Below are positions 26,000-38,200 of a stretch of DNA of 63,847 nt, in pieces. Positions within the stretch are counted from its first letter, which is position 1; every line of letters begins with the position of its first letter. The position numbers and the translations under genes are program-made. The notes beneath the pieces were generated by a model, which saw nothing but the letters and a program-made list of their open reading frames with translations, did no database searches and was not told the origin of the DNA. The stretch is from Octopus bimaculoides (lineage: Eukaryota). The stretch is from NCBI RefSeq assembly GCF_001194135.2, contig NC_068983.1, positions 417,015 through 480,861 on the forward strand. Direction: 5' to 3'.

Positions 26000-26760
26000 A
26001 TCTATTACCAATTTTGTTGGACGATTTTCTTTGCTTCTGATTGCTTCTAAGATTCTTAACACGAGGTGTCCAAAAATAAAATTCAAGCTAAAAAATGGTT
26101 TATATTTCCTGGAGATATTAACACAATAAAAAAAAAATTCTATTTCTAAGGACTAAATTCTTTGATTACGAAGGCAGTCATTCCTGTTTAGAGCGAATCC
26201 CTACCTGAGTTCATGAATCATTAGCTTTACAACAGAGTTTAAGTATATCTATATGGCACCTTAAAATGAGGCGAAAGATCGGTAATTCCTGTAAAATATA
26301 GCCTGACAGAAGCCAGGAAAACATAACCTTTTAGCAACACAGTAAACAGCGTCCCCTGTGACCACCACGACAGCTGAAACCAGTCATCACTTAGATACCT
26401 GGCCGTCCTCAAAGTATCTTTAAGTGCTCATTTGGAAGAGACTGTCTTCACCAAATTTCCAAAAATTACTTACATCTAATTGATTTATTAATTTGGATTG
26501 AAACAACGAAAAAAAAAAAAAATAAATAAATAAACAAAAAGAAAAAGCTTTTGATTCAATGTTAAAAGTCGAGATGTTAGAAGCGAGTTGTGAGTTGTGA
26601 GAATAACTTCTTGATTCGAATCGTACCACTTCTGATGGTTTGTTGTAACGAATATTTGGATATGTGTCCACATGGTGACAGTGTCTGCTATTACTTGTGG
26701 AACATTTCATTGATTCTATCACAAAAAATAGAACAAATGTAAGTTTTGATGATATTTAAC
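26000..26760 (-). pseudogene. LRR-NT plus first LRRs of a second decayed LRR receptor copy
   Basis: ORF 26420..26722: KCSTSNSRHCHHVDTYPNIRYNKPSEVVRFESRSYSHNSQL..IESKAF..NQLDVSN; continues NEHLKIL. Confidence 0.42.
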
Positions 26761-27139
26761 GATTAACCAACCAATTCTGCCACACAGGACAGAGTAGTTA
26801 GAAAAGATTAAAGACTAATCTGGAAAATCGACGTTTGAAAGCAAATAATCTCTGAAGAAAACCTCGGAATATTGCGAAAGGTAGAAAGCAAAATGGATTA
26901 TTTGCTTAAATTTAAAAAAAAAATTTTTTTGTTCTTGAGTATTGTTCAAAAAAGAAGATGATTTTACTACGATGAACATATGATGAAGAACAGGGGATGT
27001 CATAATAGAAAACGGTGCCGTAAATGGTGTCGTAGACCAAAGTAGACTTCCACTGTAACATTGCAAATGACTTGGTAATCCTTCGAAACTCTAGTTTAAT
27101 TCACGTTGACACATTATTAGTCAAACGTAACAATTTATT

Positions 27140-27350
27140 GATTAACAACGACTGAACAGACAAGGAACACACAAATTAGTATGAGAACTTGGAAAATATA
27201 ATGTCTCTATATTGACCTCTCATAAACAACAGCAAATGGAATGTTATGTAAAACTAGAATTTCGATTGGAAGTGAAGACAAAGAAAATCTCTGTTGGAAA
27301 TGAGAGAAATAATTGAAGCTTTCAATACAGTGGAATATAGTAAAGTTTGG
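27140..27350 (-). pseudogene. short LRR-like remnant
   Basis: FSLSSLPIEILVLHNIPF. Confidence 0.25.
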
Positions 27351-27701
27351 TGTTGTGGCCAACACCGGGTAAAAGATATTGATAGCAGCAAAAATATATA
27401 TTGTTTTACTAAAGTTTAGGACGCTACAACATTGTGAACTTTAATGATTTTAGTTTCATTGTCTTTTCACTTTGACTGGGTTTCTAGAGAAGAACTGTCC
27501 GTGTTTGGTTTAATATTAGTTCTATATTATGACAGCGTTATGAAGAAACATTGAACGACACGCATTGTTCAGGGAGAGATACTAGTAAAGCATTGTAGCT
27601 TAATTACAGGCGGCGTTTTCATGGCAAATTCTGGAATTCCTAACAGTTTCACTGAACCTTTGCTTTCGTTTCTACACCGAAGTTGATCAGGAAGTCTCCC
27701 C

Positions 27702-27742
<41 letters not shown>

Positions 27743-27834
27743 NNNNNNNNNNATACTCACACAGAATGTTAATCAACAATTCCGAGGAAAAAAACAAAAA
27801 AAAAAACAGAACCAAGAAAAAACAACGAACTATT

Positions 27835-27835
27835 A

Positions 27836-27906
<71 letters not shown>

Positions 27907-27912
27907 CAACAA
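27835..27912. repeat. (TAA)n-(CAA)n microsatellite
   Basis: Directly visible. Confidence 0.97.
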
Positions 27913-28214
27913 AAAGAACAAGATACAGTGAGTTTCTCTTCCATAGGTGTCAGGAAGACATTCGGTAAGAAATAGAAACAAATTGAAAGATGATGATGAT
28001 GATGATGATGATGAGGTCAACGATAATGACAATAATAGGAATAACAAGTGCAATAATAAGGGATTGGAATTAATAGAATTAATACAAGAAATTGTTGTGA
28101 AGACAGAAGAGGGAAGGCTGAAACATAAGATGAGTTAATATACGGGGAAACTACTTCGACAATTATAGGTTCCACCCGTTTGTTAGGCAAATTGATTTTT
28201 TTCTCTCCCGCTTC

Positions 28215-28431
28215 CATCCATCCATCCATACGTTTGTGCGTGCGTGCGTGCGTGCATGCATACATACATACATACATACATACATACATACATACATACA
28301 TGCATGCATGCATACATATATACATACATACATACATACATGCATGCATACATACACATATACATACATACATACATATATACATACATACATATATACA
28401 TACATACATACATACATATATACATACATAT

Positions 28432-28462
<31 letters not shown>

Positions 28463-28500
28463 CATACATACATATATACATACATATATACATACATACA
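28215..28500. repeat. long degenerate (CATA)n microsatellite
   Basis: Directly visible; produces many spurious ORFs. Confidence 0.97.
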
Positions 28501-28797
28501 TGCCTGCCTACGTACATGTTAATGCTTGTTTTTATGTTCAGTTAGAGTAAAAACAATTTTACATTAATCTGGTGAGTTACTCTATACTCTTGGAGAGTAC
28601 AAATTTGTTATTCCTAAACATGAATAATATTTTTGACAGTGACTTCGAAGTTACGATCAGCTAAGCCATTGTATGCAGTCTAACGATAGCTGAACCGACT
28701 GAAACTTCGAAGTCACTGTCAATAATATTCTTGTTTAAGAAATACACACACACACAGACACGCACACACAGACACGCACACACGCACACACACACAC

Positions 28798-28847
<50 letters not shown>

Positions 28848-30199
28848 ACACACACGCACACACACATACTGACGGTGTTTGCGAGCATGTTAATGTTGGT
28901 GCTCGATGAACAATAAAGTGCGCGCGAATGCAACTAACCATACACGTTCCATAACAACACATCCATAAGATTGTGTTGCTATGTAAACCTACAAACGTGC
29001 AACTACATTCACAGTTCGAACGAAGCACGATTTATTTTTGCCTTTATTAAGATCGAAGATGTGATATTACATTACATGTAACGATTGTCAAATCAAAATA
29101 ACGGAAGAGAAAGAAAAATCCAGTTTTACAACAAACAAAGAGAAATTCGTGGAGATAAAGCAGATGTTAATGTGTAGGCGTGCATGTGTGTGCATAAAAT
29201 GCATTACTGTACCGATTCCTCTGCATGCGTGTGCATTGCTTGAAAGTAACTTTAATTCTTCGTTTTGTCAAAGGCAACAACAAAAAACGCACAACTTTCA
29301 TTTGAATAATGTTAAGTGTTTGTGTAAAAAAGAGAATTAACTAGAAAGGTATCATGGCTAAGGATGTCGGCGTTTGAATTGCAGAGAAAAGTGGAGAATT
29401 AACGAACAAAGGTTTTATGGTTGAGGCTTTAGCACGGCTCCATGTTTGAGGGATCTGTGTTTACATGTCACAGAGTAAAAATAAGGAAAGGCTCCATATT
29501 TGAGGGCTTTGTGCTTGTATGCCATACACTATTTCTAGCAGGGAACTAACAAGCAGATCACGAGTCAACGACAGAACCTCTCTACATGGTTTTTCAGTCT
29601 GCTAGAACAACAACCAAATTCTTCTCAAACCCCACATTAATGTCTTTAAAAAGAACACACTGGATATTGTAGCGCGAGTTAAGTTATTCCTGAAAATAGA
29701 TGAAATTGTCATGGCTTGAATGCCTTTGTAGTTTCGCGTTGTGTCTAAGCAACAACAACAACAACATCAAAGAAAATATGATCATGACAAAGAAGAATTC
29801 CGGTGAGGTTAAAATAGAAAATGACAAAGGAGGATATCTGAGAGTAATCCACTGTGATAGGAAGTAGTGGTGGTCAGTTGTCGTGACCAGCAGGGAAAAC
29901 ACCATCAGTTTACGTCCAGATCACCAATCATAGCTAATGTTAAAAACCTTTCCTACACAAACACTGCAACTAGGATTTCTCGGGGCCAACTACAGATTCT
30001 CAAAACAGTTTAAGCAGCCTCCCTACTTTCCACATCATAAAAATACATTCAAAGTCGCGCTCACCGACTCTAAGTGCGTGCTGTGTCTGTGTGTGCGAGC
30101 GCGCACGTGCATTTTTTTTTTTAAATAAATATTTCCACTTACTGCATTATTGAATAGTGGTCCACAGACTGATGGCTTCTATTGAAAATACTCCAGTGT

Positions 30200-30385
30200 A
30201 ATTGTAGCGAGCTAGCAGCAACCATTTAGCGGCGTAGCAGTCAACTGCTAGCCTTTGCGAGATAGCACAAGTGCTACTCGCTACAAACTGAAAGCCAACT
30301 CCCTGCGATGTCACGTGACAAGCTCTAACATTTTGTACGGAACGTCATAGAGACAGAAAAATCAATCAGCGCTGAACCAATAACA
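30200..30385. promoter_or_regulatory. promoter-like motif cluster
   Basis: Palindromic E-box GTCACGTGAC (30310-30319), CCAAT near 30376 and near 29913, nested inverted repeats 30202-30286; no linked gene identified. Confidence 0.25.
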
Positions 30386-30611
30386 CCATCAATATCACTT
30401 CAACAGTAGTTTTCATCTGGAAGGTTTTATTATTCACCCACCACCATACTTTATGTTTGTTTAACTTGGTGACACCAAAGATGTTAGGGGCATTGTCTTA
30501 GATATTCATCGTCTTTCTCCCACCCTTCCCCTACCTGTATGTAAATGTGTGTGTGAGTGTTTGTGAGTGCGTGCGTATGTTTGTGTTTTTTCATATATAT
30601 ACAAGTTTTTT

Positions 30612-30837
30612 ATCCATCCATCCATCCATCCATCCATCCATCCATCCGTCCGTCCGTCCATCCGTCCGTCCGTCCGTCCGTCCGTCCGTCCGTCCGTCCG
30701 TCCGTCCGTCCGTCCGTCCGTCTGTCTGTCTGTCTATGTATGTATGTATGTATATCTCTCTCTCTCTATCTATCTGTCTTTGTCTCTCCGTCTCTCTCTC
30801 TCTCTCTCCGTCTCTCTCTCTCTCTCTCTCTCTCCCT

Positions 30838-30871
<34 letters not shown>

Positions 30872-30872
30872 C
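30612..30872. repeat. compound microsatellite (ATCC)/(GTCC)/(TATG)/(CT)/(CTAT)
   Basis: Directly visible. Confidence 0.97.
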
Positions 30873-30932
30873 AGGGAGCATATATATACATGTGTACATA
30901 TATATCTAAACAGATATGCACGTATATCTTTT

Positions 30933-31290
30933 ATCTTTTATCGTTTACTTGTGTCAGTCATTAGACTTCGGCCATGCTGGATAACCGCCTTGAACGGCCC
31001 CAGGACTTATTTTTAAAGTTTGGTGCCGAACCTTTAAGGTTATAGGAATGCAAACACGCCAACACCGGTTGTCAAGCGCTGGTGGGGTGGGGGGACAAAC
31101 ACACAGAGAAACACACGCACACATAGATATGCATTCATAAATATATATATATACACAACGGGTTTCTTTCAGTTTCAGTCAACCAAATTCACTTACAAGG
31201 CCTTGGTCGGTCTGGGGCTATAGCAGAAGATACTTTGCTCAAGATGTCACGCAGTGGGACTGAATCTGGGATCATGTGGTTGAGGAGCAT

Positions 31291-31292
<2 letters not shown>
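30933..31292 (-). mobile_element. cephalopod-type SINE, near full length
   Basis: Colinear with the 56095-56490 copy. Confidence 0.82.
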
Positions 31293-31334
<42 letters not shown>

Positions 31335-31335
<1 letters not shown>

Positions 31336-31812
31336 GATGTCTGATCAATAAGTATCCGGTCTGTTGCCATAGTAACGAAACTAAAGCACGCAGTGTGAAG
31401 CCGCTTGGCACAGATTGACCTTCATCTCTGCTGTGCATGTGCACTGAGTTTTAACGTTCTAGCTCACTTCCGCTATTGACAGCAGTGCTTGGAAGAAAGG
31501 TGTGTAGCGTATGATCATCGCATTGACCATTACAAGGAAAGTTGCCATGGCGATTCCTGCTCAAGCCAAGCTTTTGGTAAAATTTGATGCAAATTCTCTG
31601 CTCAACTTTCTCTGTCATGGTCATTGCGAGGATCACACGTTACACACGTTCCTTCCAAGCACTGCTGTAAACAGCAGAAGTGAGCTAGAACGTTAAAACT
31701 TAGTGCGCATGCACAACAGAGATGAAGGTCAATCTGTACCAAGCGGCTTCACTCTCCGTCCTTTAACTTCATTACTATGGCAATAGTCCGGATACTTATT
31801 GATCAACCAACG
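31335..31812. mobile_element. mariner-derived foldback MITE built from two 5' ends
   Basis: About 200-bp inverted arms starting TA|cgatgtctgatcaataagtatccgg and ending ccggatacttattgatcaaccaacg; interior encodes the transposase N-terminus MTEKVEQRICIKFYQKLG on the minus strand. Confidence 0.88.
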
Positions 31813-33699
31813 AAAATTTTAGAAAAATAAATAAATAAACGAGTAGAAATCGAACCGGTGAGTCCGTTAAGTAATAAGGCACTAAAAGAGAATGACTCTC
31901 CCCAGACACAATANNNNNNNNNNNNNNNNNNNNNNNNNNNNNNNNNNNNNNNNNNNNNNNNNNNNNNNNNNNNNNNNNNNNNNNNNNNNNNNNNNNNNNN
32001 NNNNNNNNNNNNNNNNNNNNNNNNNNNNNNNNNNNNNNNNNNNNNNNNNNNNNNNNNNNNNNNNNNNNNNNNNNNNNNNNNNNNNNNNNNNNNNNNNNNN
32101 NNNNNNNNNNNNNNNNNNNNNNNNNNNNNNNNNNNNNNNNNNNNNNNNNNNNNNNNNNNNNNNNNNNNNNNNNNNNNNNNNNNNNNNNNNNNNNNNNNNN
32201 NNNNNNNNNNNNNNNNNNNNNNNNNNNNNNNNNNNNNNNNNNNNNNNNNNNNNNNNNNNNNNNNNNNNNNNNNNNNNNNNNNNNNNNNNNNNNNNNNNNN
32301 NNNNNNNNNNNNNNNNNNNNNNNNNNNNNNNNNNNNNNNNNNNNNNNNNNNNNNNNNNNNNNNNNNNNNNNNNNNNNNNNNNNNNNNNNNNNNNNNNNNN
32401 NNNNNNNNNNNNNNNNNNNNNNNNNNNNNNNNNNNNNNNNNNNNNNNNNNNNNNNNNNNNNNNNNNNNNNNNNNNNNNNNNNNNNNNNNNNNNNNNNNNN
32501 NNNNNNNNNNNNNNNNNNNNNNNNNNNNNNNNNNNNNNNNNNNNNNNNNNNNNNNNNNNNNNNNNNNNNNNNNNNNNNNNNNNNNNNNNNNNNNNNNNNN
32601 NNNNNNNNNNNNNNNNNNNNNNNNNNNNNNNNNNNNNNNNNNNNNNNAAGAAAAGGCAAACAATTTGGCAACTTTGGCATAACTGTACTGACTACACATA
32701 GGAATCGAAACCGGGGCGAAGAATTGACTTAGCTGTGACTTAATGCCTCTTTATGGTTATATCTTCCCGTGTAGAATATCAGAGTAAAAAGTGTGACACT
32801 TTGGTGGCGGAGACATTAACAATTAAACATACCAGACTAGGGGAGAGTTTTGAACTGCTAAAAAGAGCAGCCAAATTTCCCTCATATGAGATCCTACCAT
32901 CTTTTAAAATCGGACTAATTCAATAATGTAATCCAAGGTACACTATTCCTAAAAAAACAAAACGAAATAAAAGACAGGATGGTCATGGCTTCAATGCATT
33001 TTGTCATTGGTCAGTTGGATCTGAACCGATTTCGGGTTAAGCTACATCATCATGAGCATCATAACCACCACCGCCATCACCAGCATCACTGCCGCCTTCA
33101 CCACCACCAACGGCAACAACGATAACAGTTAACTATGATGCTTATCGGGTTAATATTTTACCTACAATATAACTGCAAAAGAAACTGCTTCCAGGTGTGG
33201 CAATCTGTGTCTATTTTCAGAATCCTTACAGAAGAAAATGGGGCTCAGCAATGCTTCAATAACTCCTTTACCACATTTATACAACCCCTTCATGTTTCTC
33301 AATTTGCATACGATCCCTGTACAAGTAATTCCTTTACACGGAACAACCCTCTTAACGTTTGCCTGACTGGTTCAGTGGAGACGAGAGCAACAACGACGGC
33401 GCCGACACCGCACGTCTTCACCTTCACTTCTTAACCTCAGATAATAAATCTGTACGGATAAGTGTTCACACATTTTCTCATTTGTTGAGACTAGTTTTAC
33501 ATGAAATAGATTTAATATTGGCAAATCCAGTCGTATGTTTTGAGGGAGATTCTCAAGAAATGGAACGAGCGGGTCATTTAGGGAATTTTAGAACTATATA
33601 AAAATTAATGCAATATTTATACATACATACGCACTCAGTGGAAGATTTATGATAATTAAAAAGTAAGAGACACATACATATATACATGCATACAGAAAA

Positions 33700-34225
33700 G
33701 AAACTGTGCAGTTGTGGAAATTAGATGTCCAGGGGATGATAACATAAAGCTGAAGATCAACGAAAAAGAGAACACCTATGCTGAACTATTGAGAAACCTG
33801 CAGTTACTCTATCCTGATTACAAGTTCAGGTTTATACTTGTAATTATTGGGGTACTCAGATATGTAACACACTGCCTAAATACCAATTTTGAGAAATTAG
33901 GCTTCTCAAAGCCAAAAAAAAAAGAGAAATCTGATTCGAAGACTACAAATCCAATTCATCACTGGAACTGAAAAAATCTGTGAAACTTTCCAGAAGTTTA
34001 TCATTTAAATATATATGAGCACGTCTAGATATGCAACTATATACGTGAGAATACATACATAAAACAACCTATACAAATCTGCACGTATACATACATACAT
34101 ACAAACAAAAATACTCTGTTGTTGATGTTGAAATTCCAATGAAGGAGCTTTGAATCTAGGTTAGAAACCGGCTCTTTCTCTGTTGACAAGAAATCTTGAA
34201 AGAAAACTGAACAATGATGCTCACA
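33700..34225 (+). mobile_element. RLE-type non-LTR retrotransposon 3' end (R4/NeSL-like)
   Basis: EIRCPGDDNIKLKINEKENTYAELLRNLQLLYPDYKFRFILVIIGVL; 3' UTR shared with the 36330 copy. Confidence 0.78.
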
Positions 34226-34267
34226 TGCGCACACACACGCGCACACACACGAACATACATACATACA

Positions 34268-34649
34268 GATGTTGGCACTCCGTCGCTTACGACGACGAGG
34301 GTTCCAGCTGATCCGATCAACGGAACAGCCTGCTCGTGAAATTAACGTGCAAGTGGCTGAGCACTCCACAGACACGTGTACCCTTAACGTAGTTCTCGGG
34401 GATATTCAGCGTGACACAGTGTGACAAGGCTGACCCTTTGAATTACAGGCACAACAGAAACAGGAAGTAAGAGTGAAAGAAAGTTGTGGTGACAGAGTAC
34501 AGCAGGGTTCGCCACCATCCCCTGCCGGAGCCTCGTGGAATTTTAAGTGTTTTCGCTCAATAAACACTCACAACGCCCGGTCTGGGAATCGAAACCGCGA
34601 TCCTACGACCGAGAGTCCGCTGCCCTAACCACTGGGCCGTTGCGCCTCC
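34268..34649 (-). mobile_element. young tRNA-derived SINE
   Basis: Minus-strand head ggaggcgcaacggcccagtggttagggcagcggactctcggtcgtaggatcgcggtttcgattccc with A-box and B-box-like motifs; well-preserved body. Confidence 0.88.
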
Positions 34650-34759
34650 ACTACATACACACACACACACACACACACATATATATTCTTCTATTCTTTT
34701 AGATGTTTTAACTCTAAGGCCATGGCCATGCTGGAGCATCACCAGTGTAAACACCCCTT

Positions 34760-35370
34760 CATTGGCCTATTTTATATGAAGGAGGCTTTTGCTGAAGGAG
34801 TGATTTCGCTGCTGCCGTCCTCGTTTGAATCTTCTCCTTTGATAATGGTTCATCCGGGACCTTGGGTAGCAGGAGGTAAAGTTGTTTCTTGAAGACATCT
34901 ACCCCTAATCAATGAAGACCCTTCAGAAGTTTTAAGCAAGACATGAAATAGCTGTAGGCTTTTGAATCCCAATCTATAGCTGTACATGGTCTTCACTCTA
35001 GACGGGATATCTGGAACATTTGGAACAGTGCAGTGACGTCCACTTCGGGAGCGCGTATAGCTTTCGATACCAAAATTTGGTGCCAGCCCTTCTGGGATCT
35101 TCCCATCTTCGCTCCAGGGAGTGGAGTCAATGCCCTTTCAGTCTCTCACAGTAGCTCAGCTGGTATAACATCGCTGAAATATCTCAAGTTCTGCACTTAT
35201 TTGGACACTGTAGGGTGACCACAGTTGAGATCAGTAATCCGGACGACTGAGTACAGATGTCCTCCATAGAACCAACATAGGTTCCTTGTGCTGAAGGTTC
35301 TCAAAATCCATCAGGCCATTCGCATGCATGCTGCCACCATCTTGGTGATATGCATGTGAAACGAGGCACC
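34760..35370 (-). mobile_element. CR1/L2-like LINE 3' fragment
   Basis: MLVLWRTSVLSRPDY*SQLWSP...KIPEGLAPNFGIESYTRSRSGRHCTVPNVP..PSRVKT. Confidence 0.78.
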
Positions 35371-36170
35371 GTTGTTCATCCATACAAAAATATATATAAA
35401 AACTTACATACATTTATGCATACATATAGACAGACATACACATATACATACAAAGTGACATACACACATGCATATATATGTGTGTGTGTTTGTGTGTTTG
35501 TGTGTGCGTATATGTATATGCATACATACAAACATGTTTATATGTATATACATTATACGTATACATACCTGAATGGGTGCATACACATGCATATGATATA
35601 TATATATATATATATATANNNNNNNNNNNNNNNNNNNNNNNNNNNNNNNNNNNNNNNNNNNNNNNNNNNNNNNNNNNNNNNNNNNNNNNNNNNNNNNNNN
35701 NNNNNNNNNNNNNNNNNNNNNNNNNNNNNNNNNNNNNNNNNNNNNNNNNNNNNNNNNNNNNNNNNNNNNNNNNNNNNNNNNNNNNNNNNNNNNNNNNNNN
35801 NNNNNNNNNNNNNNNNNNNNNNNNNNNNNNNNNNNNNNNNNNNNNNNNNNNNNNNNNNNNNNNNNNNNNNNNNNNNNNNNNNNNNNNNNNNNNNNNNNNN
35901 NNNNNNNNNNNNNNNNNNNNNNNNNNNNNNNNNNNNNNNNNNNNNNNNNNNNNNNNNNNNNNNNNNNNNNNNNNNNNNNNNNNNNNNNNNNNNNNNNNNN
36001 NNNNNNNNNNNNNNNNNNNNNNNNNNNNNNNNNNNNNNNNNNNNNNNNNNNNNNNNNNNNNNNNNNNNNNNNNNNNNNNNNNNNNNNNNNNNNNNNNNNN
36101 NNNNNNNNNNNNNNNNNNNNNNNNNNNNNNNNNNNNNNNNNNNNNNNNNNATATATATATATATTTATAC

Positions 36171-36256
<86 letters not shown>

Positions 36257-36329
36257 TTATCTATGTATATATATAGACAGAACAGACACAAGCACACATA
36301 TAGTTGTATACACATGCATACATTGATAC

Positions 36330-36960
36330 ATATATAAGTACATATGCAGATGTGGAAAATCGCCATCAAAACATCTGTCAAGCGTAGGCACAACAAACAA
36401 ACAAACAAAAGTATATACCGTCTTAGAGGTCAGCTGTCCTGCTGATGTGAATATCTCATTGAAAATCAAAGAGAAAGAAGACAACTATGGACAACAGCTT
36501 CGAAACCGCCACCTTCTATATCCGTATTACAAATTTACATTTGCACCAATAATAATTGGAGCTCTTGGTTTCGTAAATAAATGTTTAACTGTCAGTTTGA
36601 ATAAGCTTGGATTTTCAGAAAAAGAAATCAGCCAATTGACGCGCTCGTTACAAACACAATCTCTAAGTGGAACAGTAAGACTATGTAAGATTTTTCTCAG
36701 GTTTAAAACGTGACATTGTCTTCGTTATCTCCATTCCAGAGATGAAACTTTGTATCTTTGTTAGAAACCAGCTCCTTCTTCAGTGGACAAATTTAAATGA
36801 TTAGAAACACAAGAGACATACATACATACATACAAACAAAAATACCCTGTTGTTGATGTTGAAATTCCAATGAAGGAACCTCGGTTCTTAGATAGAAACC
36901 GGTTTTTTTCTCTATTGGCAAGAAATCTTGAAATAAACTGAATAATGACATACATACGTA
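36330..36960 (+). mobile_element. RLE-type non-LTR retrotransposon 3' end (same family as 33700)
   Basis: EVSCPADVNISLKIKEKEDNYGQQLRN...APIIIGALG...SGTVRLCKIFLRF; shared 3' UTR. Confidence 0.85.
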
Positions 36961-37039
36961 CGTACCCCATTGTTGATGTTGAATAAAACTGGATGATGAC
37001 ATTCATACATACATACATGTATGATCCTCAAGTGAACGC

Positions 37040-37500
37040 TCATTTCCCAGTGATCCCTTATGTGGCCCCAGAATAGTTTGAAAGATCTGGTAACGAAACA
37101 CTCTGGTTACCACAAAAATGCTATGCCTGGGCAATGTTTTCCATCAATCCAAGAGCTGGAGATAACTTCGAAGTACCAAATGAGCAAAAGAGACAGTGAA
37201 GCGACAGAAAATATCGATTATACGATATATCTGTGGAATATTTTTAGCAGCTCTTACAAAAACGTCGTCAACGTACTGTGACAAGATGTTGGTAAAACAA
37301 TATATAATGCCATCTGTAGCATGGGCTGTTCTGGAATAAATGGAGACAATTCCTTTGTTGTTGATTATATATTAACACAAGAAATATTGGTGGAGCATTC
37401 CCATCAAAACTCTCAAATGCAAAGATAAGGGATTTGTTGTTGTTTGTTAATGTAGAGTGAGAGAGGTCAGCTCCCCGGCAAACAAAAAATAACACATTTA
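37040..37500 (-). pseudogene. decayed LRR/TLR-like N-terminal fragment
   Basis: CRGADLSHSTLTNN...PPIFLVLIYNQ...LHLFQN; TDISYNR. Confidence 0.42.
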
Positions 37501-37938
37501 TGATGGTTGTTCATTCACTCGACGAATCTAAACATCACTGACGATTAGCAAATATAAAGAGGAAAATCCTCCAAAAATTGTCAGTAATGATTGTGTGAAA
37601 TTTAAGTGGAGAACAGTTTGTACAATACTTCAGCAAGTGTCATCATCAAAGGCAAAGAGCGCAGAGAAACGTCGAAATACGTCGTCAACAGGAAACTTTC
37701 ACCGTGAGACTTAACAAATAACGAAATTCCCAGATACAGTAAGTAAGGATACAGACTTTACTGTGAGCCACCATTCTCAAGTTAAATACATGAAATGGTT
37801 GTAATGTCATCTTAAATTATATCGCAAGGATATATTTCAAGGGGATAATCCCTCCATACAGCTGTTTATGTTTTCACTTGGTTGTGATAGACAATGCATG
37901 TTGGGAGAATAACCCAGGTGGACCATCCCCATCCAGCC

Positions 37939-37973
<35 letters not shown>

Positions 37974-38039
37974 TGTTGGAGAGAGGTGGATGGAGGGAAG
38001 GAGAGATAGTGTGAGAGAGAGAGCGAGAGAAAACTAATA

Positions 38040-38200
38040 ATCGCTGTGATTTGAACTGAGAATGTAGGTATTTTATCCGATGCTCCAAAGATTCCGTTGA
38101 TTCCCCTATACATATTGCATGACATGTTATTTCTACTGGGAGCCCTGTAAACTGTGCCCACGTGCTTTACACCGTCCCCTAACTCCTTCATATTTTGGAC
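38040..38200 (-). mobile_element. GIY-YIG (Penelope-like) remnant
   Basis: GTVYRAP...TCHAICIGESTESLEHRIKY. Confidence 0.42.

Noticed and set aside
28017-28550. Overlapping long ORFs rich in Y/V/C/M or H/T/I, and similar ORFs at 8.6, 30.5, 35.4 and 57.5-58.4 kb
   Set aside because: Microsatellite translations with no coding signal
34580-34649. tRNA-like sequence
   Set aside because: Head of a SINE, continuous with the SINE body; not an independent tRNA gene
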